A DNA stretch of 11,972 bases from Elusimicrobiota bacterium. Its GTDB lineage: Bacteria; CG03; SLGR01; JBDRKX01. A program made the position numbers and the translations under genes. The stretch's first letter is position 1; each line of letters starts with the position of its first letter. This document shows positions 1-6,828 of this stretch, in pieces. Where the stretch lies: positions 1 to 11,972 of the forward strand of contig JBDRKX010000118.1 in assembly GCA_043813605.1 (NCBI GenBank). Direction: 5' to 3'. Below the pieces are notes generated by a model. The model was not told the origin of the DNA. It did not search any database and saw only the letters and a program-made list of their open reading frames with translations.

Positions 1-2
1 AG

Positions 3-134
3 GGGTTTAATACGAGGATAAAGTTAACTATCAGGAAAGCGTGCGGATTCAGGACTTTTAATGTGATAGAGCTGGCGCTGTATCACACGTTAGGCGCACT
101 GCCGGAGCCTGAAGTTACCCATAGATTCTGGTGA
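3..134 (+). CDS. ISL3-family transposase, C-terminal fragment (5' part outside the window)
   Basis: Manual translation: GFNTRIKLTIRKACGFRTFNVIELALYHTLGALPEPEVTHRFW, stop TGA at 132-134. Matches the ISL3 C-terminal pattern EG.N..IK...R.A.GFR and the subgroup tail LYH.LG.LPEP..THRF. Absent from the supplied ORF track. Confidence 0.88.
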   Translation, partial: GFNTRIKLTIRKACGFRTFNVIELALYHTLGALPEPEVTHRFW

Positions 135-498
135 AGAGCCTAATTTTTTTCAGAAGTTCATCCGGGTCAAACGGTTTTGTGATATAAGCGTCCGCTCCGG
201 TTTCCATTCCCCAGAACCTGTCGCTCTCATCCGATTTTGCGGTTAAAAGTATTACGGGGATGTGTTCCAGCGTAGGATCGGCCTTTACCTGCCTGCATAC
301 CTGGAGCCCGTTGGGAGGAGGCATCAGAATATCGAGTATTGCCAGATCCGGGTTATTTTCGTTTATCAGGCGCAGGGCATCTTCTCCTCTTTCCGCTTCA
401 TAAACTTCATAGCCGGCATATTTAAGCCTGTCGCTGATCAGCAGCCTTATATTGACATCATCTTCAGCTAAAACAATTTTTATTGCATCTTTATTCAT
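115..498 (-). CDS. Receiver-only response regulator (CheY/PilH-like) with an IS-derived C-terminus
   Basis: Receiver motifs LAEDD, ILDILMP (phospho-Asp), LLTA and YITKPF. SD AAGGA 6 nt before ATG. The last residues (R)LFTRIYG and the stop lie within 115-140, inside the IS end. Confidence 0.9.
   Translation of the reverse strand: MNKDAIKIVLAEDDVNIRLLISDRLKYAGYEVYEAERGEDALRLINENNPDLAILDILMPPPNGLQVCRQVKADPTLEHIPVILLTAKSDESDRFWGMETGADAYITKPFDPDELLKKIRLFTRIYG
117..140. repeat. Candidate right terminal inverted repeat of the ISL3 element (inner boundary uncertain)
   Basis: Minus strand from 140 reads GGCTCTTCACCAGAATCTATGGGT and overlaps the transposase stop. The partner repeat is outside the window. 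Confidence 0.65.
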
Positions 499-531
499 AA
501 TTTATCCTTTGCCTGCTATCTTCTTCTTTAT

Positions 532-560
532 ATATTATGTGAAACCCGATACTTCCGCAA
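532..560 (-). promoter_or_regulatory. Putative sigma70-type promoter for the 115-498 regulator
   Basis: Minus strand TTGCGG (560-555), 17-nt spacer, TAATAT (537-532), 33 nt upstream of the ATG. Confidence 0.4.
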
Positions 561-611
561 GTCTTTTCTCTGCGGACACATCTATATGGTCCGTTATGCT
601 GATTCTATTCC

Positions 612-848
612 TTAGATATCGTTCAAAGCATGGGAATTCTTTCCGGGGCAGGATATCCCTCTGGCCTGGTCTTCCCCGATGCTGTTATTCTTTAACCGGT
701 ATAAAATGGTGTATAAAAAAACAGAGCCCGGAAAAATCAGAAATACGCAGAAAACCCAGACAAGAATAATCCCTGTCTGGTACTTAGAAAATAATGCTGT
801 GTTTATAAATGTCGGAAGAAGTACAAGAGAATATAATTGTGAATCCAT
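612..848 (-). CDS. Hypothetical small membrane protein
   Basis: Same strand as its neighbours, GGAG 9 nt before ATG, hydrophobic stretch GIILVWVFCVFLIFPGSVFLYTILY. No family recognised. Confidence 0.45.
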   Translation of the reverse strand: MDSQLYSLVLLPTFINTALFSKYQTGIILVWVFCVFLIFPGSVFLYTILYRLKNNSIGEDQARGISCPGKNSHALNDI

Positions 849-867
849 TAATTTATCTCCATTTTAA

Positions 868-1107
868 TCAGTGCCACTGGTTTTCTTCATCCTTGTAATA
901 ATTTTTATCTTCATGATAGGTATCAGTTGAATCACCGGTTTCATATTCCATTTCTTCAATGTCTTCCCCGTATTCTCCGGTTTCCCCGGCTGATTTTTCT
1001 GTTTCGTATTCCATGACTGAAGAATCATACTCCGGTTCATCATGCAGTATAGTTTTTTTAGCGCATCCGGAAATCATGACTAAGAATGCCAGTAGTAAGA
1101 TATTTAT
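868..1107 (-). CDS. Small acidic lipoprotein; start probably upstream of the track's ATG at 1077, possibly ATA at 1107
   Basis: The in-frame upstream extension reads RNNINILLLAFLV-MISGC, a hydrophobic region plus lipobox. AGGA lies 5 nt before ATA(1107). The mature part is E/D/Y-rich with MEYET twice. Confidence 0.6.
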   Translation of the reverse strand: MNILLLAFLVMISGCAKKTILHDEPEYDSSVMEYETEKSAGETGEYGEDIEEMEYETGDSTDTYHEDKNYYKDEENQWH

Positions 1108-1133
1108 ATTGTTCCTACCCCCGGTCTATTAAT

Positions 1134-1451
1134 TTATTTCCAGTCATCATTTAAAATATTGCCGTCATAATTATCTTCATTAATGGTATCAGTCGAAAAA
1201 TGTATCCCGTCTATACCGGCAGTATCATTTTTTACTCCGTACCTACCGGCAATATCTTCATTATCCTTGCCTTCGTAATAGCATTCTGTTCCCGGTTTAT
1301 ACACAGGACAGGTGCCTGATTTGACCTCAGTCCACGATGGAGAAGAATCGTCTTCTTTATTTATATCCGGGTTGTTATCACAGCCGGTAAATATCAGAAA
1401 TATGCAAATAATAAGTGATTGAATAATAATTTTTTCCGTTAATTCTTTCAT
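1134..1451 (-). CDS. Hypothetical acidic lipoprotein
   Basis: Signal peptide MKELTEKIIIQSLIICIFLIFTG-C, D/N-rich mature region with two further Cys. Starts 2 nt after the dnaJ-like stop. Confidence 0.72.
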   Translation of the reverse strand: MKELTEKIIIQSLIICIFLIFTGCDNNPDINKEDDSSPSWTEVKSGTCPVYKPGTECYYEGKDNEDIAGRYGVKNDTAGIDGIHFSTDTINEDNYDGNILNDDWK

Positions 1452-1453
1452 GT

Positions 1454-2140
1454 TTATACCAGTTTTACTTTAATAATAAGGTCTCCCTTATGATCGCATG
1501 TAGAACAAGTTTCACCCAGGCCCTTTAATCTCATTTTTTGTCCGTTTTTTGTCCCGCGGTTTATCTTAAGATTAATTGACCTGCCGTCGCTTAACTTGAA
1601 TTTAACCTTGCCGCCGTGTTGCGCGATATCTTTAGTGATATTTATCACGGCGTTAACATCGGTATCGATTCTCCTGTTCTTTACGGGTTCATTGAATCGA
1701 AATACCGAATGCGCGCCGGCATTACCTCTATGAGCTGAATTCATACCTCCGAATATATCGCCTAAATCATCGAAAAACACATACCTGTCGAACCCTTTTT
1801 CATGATGATGCCCCCCTTTCCCTGCAGCATTGCGGAAATGTTTCATCAGGTCATTGAAATCAAATCCTTCCTGCGAAGCAAAGTCTCCCGCTTCAGGACC
1901 GCTCCTGAATACATATGAACCTTTTCTATAGTCATCGTATTCTTTCCGCTTCTGGGGATCGCCAACAACATAGTAGGCGGCTGCGATCTCTTTGAATTTC
2001 TCTTCGCATTCTTTTTTTTTCCCGGGCGGACACCTGTCAGGATGATATTTTAGCGCGAGTTTCCTGTATGCCGATTTTATTTCATTCTGGGGAGCAGTTT
2101 CTTTAACTCCCAGTACAGCGTAATAATCTTTATCCTCCAT
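1454..2140 (-). CDS. DnaJ class B/CbpA-like co-chaperone with a shortened C-terminal domain
   Basis: J domain ([34 protein letters not shown]), G/F-rich linker with a DIF motif, and a single DnaJ_C-like segment ([10 protein letters not shown]...GDLII). No CxxCxGxG zinc-finger repeats. Confidence 0.9.
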   Translation of the reverse strand: MEDKDYYAVLGVKETAPQNEIKSAYRKLALKYHPDRCPPGKKKECEEKFKEIAAAYYVVGDPQKRKEYDDYRKGSYVFRSGPEAGDFASQEGFDFNDLMKHFRNAAGKGGHHHEKGFDRYVFFDDLGDIFGGMNSAHRGNAGAHSVFRFNEPVKNRRIDTDVNAVINITKDIAQHGGKVKFKLSDGRSINLKINRGTKNGQKMRLKGLGETCSTCDHKGDLIIKVKLV

Positions 2141-2172
2141 AAATATGTCTTTTTTTTCGTTTCTTTATATTT

Positions 2173-2529
2173 CTATTTAGAAAATAATCCTTTTATCTTC
2201 CGGATGAGTTCGTCTGTGCCTGCGGATTTATCGTGGTATCCATCCGCCTGCGGCATTAGAAGCTTCTGTTCATCAACCAGTTTTACGCTTACTATCATCA
2301 CTTTTGAAGGCATTCCTTCAGCCTTTATCGTATCAATTACATGAAACGGCCCCCCGGGCATATTAATGTCTAAAAGAACAAGTTCCGGTTTTTTGTTTCT
2401 TAACATAATAACTGCCTCTTTTGCGTCATAGGCCTCGATTACTTCAAAACCTTCCAGTTCAAGGATTTCCCTGTACATGTCCCTTATCTTTTTTTCATCA
2501 TCCGTAATAAGCACTACTGTTTTATTCAT
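2173..2529 (-). CDS. Receiver-only response regulator
   Basis: ITDDE, LLDINMPG (phospho-Asp), IVS, conserved Lys in YHDK. SD-like AAGGCGG upstream. No output domain. Confidence 0.9.
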   Translation of the reverse strand: MNKTVVLITDDEKKIRDMYREILELEGFEVIEAYDAKEAVIMLRNKKPELVLLDINMPGGPFHVIDTIKAEGMPSKVMIVSVKLVDEQKLLMPQADGYHDKSAGTDELIRKIKGLFSK

Positions 2530-2565
2530 GTATACCGCCTTTTCAAAAAGTTATCTCACAATACT

Positions 2566-2622
2566 ATTACATTCTGTTTACCATTAAGTTATTATTAAAT
2601 TTATATTATAAAACTCTAATCT
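2566..2622 (-). promoter_or_regulatory. Putative activator-dependent promoter with 11-bp-periodic repeats (copy 2)
   Basis: On +, ATTAAG(2583), ATTAAA(2594), ATTATA(2605), then TAATCT(2617). Minus-strand -10-like TGTAAT at 2571-2566. Aligns without gaps to 9871-9927. Confidence 0.6.
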
Positions 2623-2682
2623 CTATAAATCTAAGAGGCCAATCCAGCGCCGAAAAACAGCAGGCCTTTATCTTCTCCTGTT

Positions 2683-2976
2683 CTATTTCATTTCTTCTTC
2701 AAGTTTGTTTATTCTTTTTTTAAGATCTTTAAGTTCTTTGCCTGTTGCGATATCTGCCTCTTTTAAAAGTTTTGCGACTTCCTCGCGGATAAGTTTTTCA
2801 AGAGTTTTCCTGGTTTCCTTTCCTTTTTCAACCAGACGGCTGATAATTTCTGACGATTCGTCTCTAGCCACTTCACCTTTGGATATGAGTTCATTTACAA
2901 GCTCTTCAGCTTTATCTTTAGTAAATGCGAGAGCGCCTATACCCAGCAAAAGAATTTTATTAACGTTATCTTTCAT
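2683..2976 (-). CDS. Phasin-family (PHA granule-associated-like) amphipathic helical protein
   Basis: Pattern LLLGIGALAFTKDKAEELVNELISKGEV and C-terminal IATGKELKDLKKRINKLE. Strong SD AGGAGG 6 nt upstream. Adjacent to an ABC1 kinase. Confidence 0.85.
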   Translation of the reverse strand: MKDNVNKILLLGIGALAFTKDKAEELVNELISKGEVARDESSEIISRLVEKGKETRKTLEKLIREEVAKLLKEADIATGKELKDLKKRINKLEEEMK

Positions 2977-2991
2977 TTTTTACCTCCTGTT

Positions 2992-4653
2992 CTACAATCT
3001 CCCCGACCTTATTATTGCTATTACAAGGCCGATTCCCAAAATACTGGCAATTAAATACCCCACAAACCCGAACAAGGAAATACCTAACACTAACGGCCCT
3101 TCTTTGTGTACGGCAATGATTATAGATGATCCTATTATGACTGCCGCTGTTATCATTCCGGCTGTCAGCCTGTTGGACACCTTATCGAGCGCTTTTATAA
3201 GATTCTCCAAACCTATATGTTTAAATTCGATTTCAAGCGTTCCTGATTTGAGTTTCACGAGTATTTCCCTTAACTGCCCCGGCAACTCGCTTGTAAGCCT
3301 GTATACGTCATTGCCCAGCAGTCTCAATCTCAGACCTAATCTTTTTAAGCTGTATCTTTCGGCGACTAAGGTTTTTATTTGAGCCGACGTAGCTTCAGTT
3401 ACATTTATATCATCATCCAGTGCCCGGGCAATCGTTTCCGCTGTCAGCACGGCTTTTCCTACAACCGCATAAGCCGGATGGATTACGATACGGTATCTTC
3501 TTATAATATCAAAAAGGTCCAGCAGGGCTTTTCCCGTAGATATTTCTTTTATGGGAACTCCTACATACCTTTCACTGACTTCCATAACATCCCTTATAAG
3601 GGAATTTTTATCCACCTCTCCGTCTAATTCTCCCAGGGCAAGCACTTCCTGCATGATCCATTCCGGCTCATTCGAATACAGAGCTTGCAGAAGATCTATC
3701 ATATGATACCGCATTGAGGGGCCTAGCCTGCCTATCAAACCGTAATCAAGATAAGATATTTTTCCTTCAGGCGTATATAGCAGATTTCCGGCATGAGGAT
3801 CAGCATGGAATATACCGTCCTGAAGAACCTGTTTTACCAGTATGCTTATTAAGAGCCTCGCGATCCTGGCTTTTTCATCATCATCCATACAGCACTCGTC
3901 AATAGGTTTCCCTTCAATAAATGACATTACAAGCACGGTTTCTGAGCTCAGGTTTTTAAACGGCTGAGGGATTACGACTTCATTTATACCTTTATGATTC
4001 TGCCTGAACCGGTCCAGGAGCATAGCTTCCCTTTCAAAATCCAGCTCTCTTTTCAGGCTCACGGAAAACTCATCTACTATCCGTTTAAGCTGGATCATCT
4101 TTGCCCATTCGGATTTCCTTTCAATAAAATCCGCTGCTAATGATATAAACCTTATATCAGAGCTGATCTCTCTTTTTACACTCGGTTTCTGTACTTTGAC
4201 TGCAACTTTTATGCCGTCGGAAAGGACAGCGCTGTACACCTGGGATATAGAAGCTGATGCTACAGGAGTCTCATTAAACTCCCGGAACAGTCTTCTCCAG
4301 TCACTACCGAGACTTTTTATTATAACGGGCTCAATTACTTTAAAATCTTCGGCGGTTACCTCATCCTGCAGCTTGGAAAGTTCTTTTATATATTCTGCGG
4401 AGACTATGTCGGGCCTTATGGAAGCGAACTGGCCTATTTTGATAAATGTAGATCCAAGCTCTTCCAAAGCCATCCTGAGACGCGCTGCTCTTGAAAATTT
4501 AAGCTTGCTTTTATCTGTCTTTTTTCCTGTTCCCGTAATAAACGGCAGATTTTGAAAAAGCTCTCCGAATCCGTATTTTACAAGAATTCCGGCTATTTCC
4601 TTCAACCGTACCAGCCCGTCTTTGCCTATTTGAGCAAAATCTAAAGTCATCAC
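2992..4653 (-). CDS. UbiB/AarF/ABC1-family atypical protein kinase-like protein
   Basis: KxGQ motif (IKIGQ), ASASISQV, VAVKVQKP, FHADPHAGN, DYG and two C-terminal TM helices. Start is GTG 4653 or ATG 4650. Confidence 0.93.
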   Translation of the reverse strand: MMTLDFAQIGKDGLVRLKEIAGILVKYGFGELFQNLPFITGTGKKTDKSKLKFSRAARLRMALEELGSTFIKIGQFASIRPDIVSAEYIKELSKLQDEVTAEDFKVIEPVIIKSLGSDWRRLFREFNETPVASASISQVYSAVLSDGIKVAVKVQKPSVKREISSDIRFISLAADFIERKSEWAKMIQLKRIVDEFSVSLKRELDFEREAMLLDRFRQNHKGINEVVIPQPFKNLSSETVLVMSFIEGKPIDECCMDDDEKARIARLLISILVKQVLQDGIFHADPHAGNLLYTPEGKISYLDYGLIGRLGPSMRYHMIDLLQALYSNEPEWIMQEVLALGELDGEVDKNSLIRDVMEVSERYVGVPIKEISTGKALLDLFDIIRRYRIVIHPAYAVVGKAVLTAETIARALDDDINVTEATSAQIKTLVAERYSLKRLGLRLRLLGNDVYRLTSELPGQLREILVKLKSGTLEIEFKHIGLENLIKALDKVSNRLTAGMITAAVIIGSSIIIAVHKEGPLVLGISLFGFVGYLIASILGIGLVIAIIRSGRL

Positions 4654-4692
4654 TTCCTGTTTTTTCTAATTATTTTTTTCTGTATCTCACTA

Positions 4693-5085
4693 TCAACATT
4701 CCTTTCGCACCTTCGCCGCGATCTGCCGGTCCGTCATTTTGTCAGTTGTTTCAATTGTAATTTCACCTTTAATTGCCGATTTATTTTTAATACGCTTTTC
4801 TAATTCCTGTTTTGCCTCTCCCGGACCGAAGATATGAAGAGAGCCGGCATTCTTTATACTTGAAATTACTTCATCATAATACCTATTTAAACTCAACGTG
4901 AAATGCCTGTCTATCTTATCTTCAGGAATGATATCACCGGCATAATTTTTTGACCGCGATCCGCCTGTAGCCCGGGAAGGTTTTGCAAGATCAGATTTTA
5001 TCTCCTTTATCTCCTCTTTTTTATCAGTGATAGTCACTAACACGGCTTTTCTATGATCGATCCATACGCCTGTTTTTGTTTTCAT
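4693..5085 (-). CDS. Small eRF1/pelota-like (baeRF/host-attachment type) protein
   Basis: Recognised pattern GVWIDHRKAV...FGPGEAK.EL...ETTDKMTDRQIAAKVR. SD AAGGA upstream. The exact subfamily is not determined. Confidence 0.7.
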   Translation of the reverse strand: MKTKTGVWIDHRKAVLVTITDKKEEIKEIKSDLAKPSRATGGSRSKNYAGDIIPEDKIDRHFTLSLNRYYDEVISSIKNAGSLHIFGPGEAKQELEKRIKNKSAIKGEITIETTDKMTDRQIAAKVRKEC

Positions 5086-5108
5086 AATTATTTTTCCTTT
5101 TATTTTGT

Positions 5109-5681
5109 TTAGTTGTTTCTCTTTTTTCCTGACACCGCTATTACAACCCTGCGGTTTTTCGCTTTGCCTTCTTCGTTAGCGTTATCAGCAACAGGCCTGA
5201 ATTCACCGTATCCCACCGCAGCGAGCCGTTCCGGGTGAGCGCCTTCTTTTGAAATTACATAGTGCAGCACCGAATGCGCGCGGCTGGAAGACAGCTCCCA
5301 GTTAGACTTGTATTTACCCTGGAATTTCTGCGCTATAGGCACATTGTCCGTATACCCCTGTATCATTATATCCCGGTCTGGGTATCTCATCAGAACCTTC
5401 CATATCTCATCAATTATCTGCTGCCCTTCGGATGTCAGCCTGATGCTCCCTGAAGTAAATAAAATAGCGTTGGGCAGGGTGATAGTTGTCATGTCTCCCT
5501 TTTCCTGTATCAGTATCTGTTCCTTCTGTTTCATATCGGATATCTGATTCCACAGGTCTTTTGCCAGTTGATCCTGTTCAGCAATCACCTGGTCCTTCTG
5601 AGTGATCATCTTCCTGGTGCCGCCGCAGCCCGCCAGAAGAAAAGAAACTCCCACAATGAAAATAATACTTTTGTTAATCAT
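5109..5681 (-). CDS. MotB-C/OmpA-domain peptidoglycan-binding lipoprotein, short stalk
   Basis: Lipobox LAG-C19; GYTDNVPI, NWELSSSRA, GYGEFRP, KNRRV. SD AAGGAG upstream. Confidence 0.92.
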   Translation of the reverse strand: MINKSIIFIVGVSFLLAGCGGTRKMITQKDQVIAEQDQLAKDLWNQISDMKQKEQILIQEKGDMTTITLPNAILFTSGSIRLTSEGQQIIDEIWKVLMRYPDRDIMIQGYTDNVPIAQKFQGKYKSNWELSSSRAHSVLHYVISKEGAHPERLAAVGYGEFRPVADNANEEGKAKNRRVVIAVSGKKRNN

Positions 5682-6435
5682 TTGTTTTATCTCCTTACTT
5701 AATACTTTAAAATCATATTCTTCTTTTATTTTGTAACGCCTGACACCGTTATTACAACCCTGCGGTTTTTCGCTTTGCCTTCTTCTGTAGCGTTATCCGC
5801 AACAGGCTTGAATTCTCCGTATCCCACCGCAGCGAGCCGTTCCGGGTGAGCGCCTTCTTTTGAAATTACATAGTGCAGCACCGAATGCGCGCGGCTGGAA
5901 GACAGCTCCCAGTTAGACTTGTATTTACCCTGGAATTTCTGCGCTATAGGAACATTATCCGTATGCCCCTGAAGCATTATGTCACGGTCTGGGTATTTCA
6001 TAAGAACTGTCCAGATCTCGTCAATTATCTGCTGCCCTTCGGATGTCAGCTTGATGCTCCCTGAAGTAAATAAAATAGCGTTGGGCAGGGTAATGATTGT
6101 CATATTATCTTTTTCCTGGATCAGCACCTGTTCTTTTTGTTTCAGTCCGGCAATCTGTTTTCTTAGATCATCAGCCAGTCTGTCTTTCTGTTTCAACTGG
6201 CCGCTTGACTCTGATTTAAGCTGGTCTATGCTTTTCTGAAGCCGGACGATTTCACTGTTCTTTTCCGTAATCAATTGTTCGTTATCCTTCTGCATCTGAG
6301 CTATTTCCTGTCCCCGCTCAGTAATCATCTGGTCCTTCTGAGTGATCATCTTCCTGGTACCGCCGCAACCCGCCAGAAGAAAAGAAACTCCCACAATGAA
6401 AATAATACTTTTGTTAATCATTTGTTTTATCTCCT
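5128..6435. repeat. Tandem gene duplication: 5128-5695 versus 5739-6435
   Basis: The offset is 611 nt at the 3' end and 740 nt at the 5' end, giving a 129-nt in-frame indel. 5206-5339 is identical to 5817-5950 (134 nt). 5591-5695 versus 6331-6435 has 2 mismatches and includes the RBS. Confidence 0.95.
5726..6421 (-). CDS. MotB-C/OmpA-domain peptidoglycan-binding lipoprotein, medium stalk
   Basis: Lipobox LAG-C19, coiled-coil region, GHTDNVPI, NWELSSSRA, KNRRV. SD AGGAGGAG upstream. Confidence 0.92.
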   Translation of the reverse strand: MINKSIIFIVGVSFLLAGCGGTRKMITQKDQMITERGQEIAQMQKDNEQLITEKNSEIVRLQKSIDQLKSESSGQLKQKDRLADDLRKQIAGLKQKEQVLIQEKDNMTIITLPNAILFTSGSIKLTSEGQQIIDEIWTVLMKYPDRDIMLQGHTDNVPIAQKFQGKYKSNWELSSSRAHSVLHYVISKEGAHPERLAAVGYGEFKPVADNATEEGKAKNRRVVITVSGVTK

Positions 6436-6513
6436 CCTTCTTATCCTTCTATAACTTTTTTATATTTCCCATATAAACAACCTAGCGAACCTGCCTATGA
6501 AACATTTTATTCT

Positions 6514-6756
6514 TCAAGACCCGACTTTTATATCTTTCTCAGCATTATACCAGTCCTCTTCATGATGCCCATTTACGCATCCCCTTGCAAGATATTTATA
6601 ATAGGCCCTTTGTCTTATCTCGTCTACATTAGCAGTTATAGTTTTTGTTCTTTTCTTACTTGCCGGATTCTTATTGACTGACCGGCCCGTTACGGTTTTA
6701 GACTTGCTTATTGAACTTTTAATTTCTTCTGTTAACTTTCTACTTTTTACTGGCAT
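6514..6756 (-). CDS. DUF2934 domain protein
   Basis: C-terminal EIRQRAYYKYLARG...G...EDWYNAEKDI signature behind a K/S/T-rich basic N-terminus. Start reassigned to ATG 6756 because AAGGGAGG lies 6 nt upstream. Confidence 0.88.
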   Translation of the reverse strand: MPVKSRKLTEEIKSSISKSKTVTGRSVNKNPASKKRTKTITANVDEIRQRAYYKYLARGCVNGHHEEDWYNAEKDIKVGS

Positions 6757-6828
6757 AATAATCCTCCCTTTTTTGTTATACACAATTTACCCAATATTTC
6801 TGTCAATCTGATATATATCCGTTTTCAT

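Larger units (their letters stand above)
1..140 (+). mobile_element. Right end of an ISL3-family insertion sequence (continues beyond the left edge)
   Basis: Transposase C-terminus in + frame 3, followed by the terminal ...GGTGAAGAGCC ending at 140 (reverse complement 5'-GGCTCTTCACC, typical of ISL3 ends). AT-rich flank TAATTTTT at 141-148 is a candidate target duplication. Confidence 0.88.

Noticed and set aside
554..576. Inverted repeat TCCGCA-N11-TGCGGA as a terminator or operator
   Set aside because: Short stem, large loop, no U-tract and no second copy. Too weak to call.
262..867. Plus-strand ORFs 262-471, 452-769 and 679-867
   Set aside because: Alternative starts, overlap with minus-strand genes or the putative promoter, and no motifs.
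2636..2667. AGGCC...GGCCT hairpin after phasin as a terminator
   Set aside because: Interrupted weak stem without a convincing poly-U tail.
2705..4555. Plus-strand ORFs (225, 82, 63 and 119 aa) opposite phasin and the ABC1 kinase
   Set aside because: Antisense shadows overlapping well-supported minus-strand genes.
5262..6239. Near-identical plus-strand ORF pairs (63/63 aa and 79/86 aa)
   Set aside because: Their similarity simply reflects the duplication of the minus-strand genes.
6775..6806. Perfect TTGACA (6806-6801, minus) upstream of DUF2934
   Set aside because: The nearest -10-like hexamers are 11 nt (TAAATT) or 20 nt (TATAAC) away, not 16-18, so no promoter is supported.
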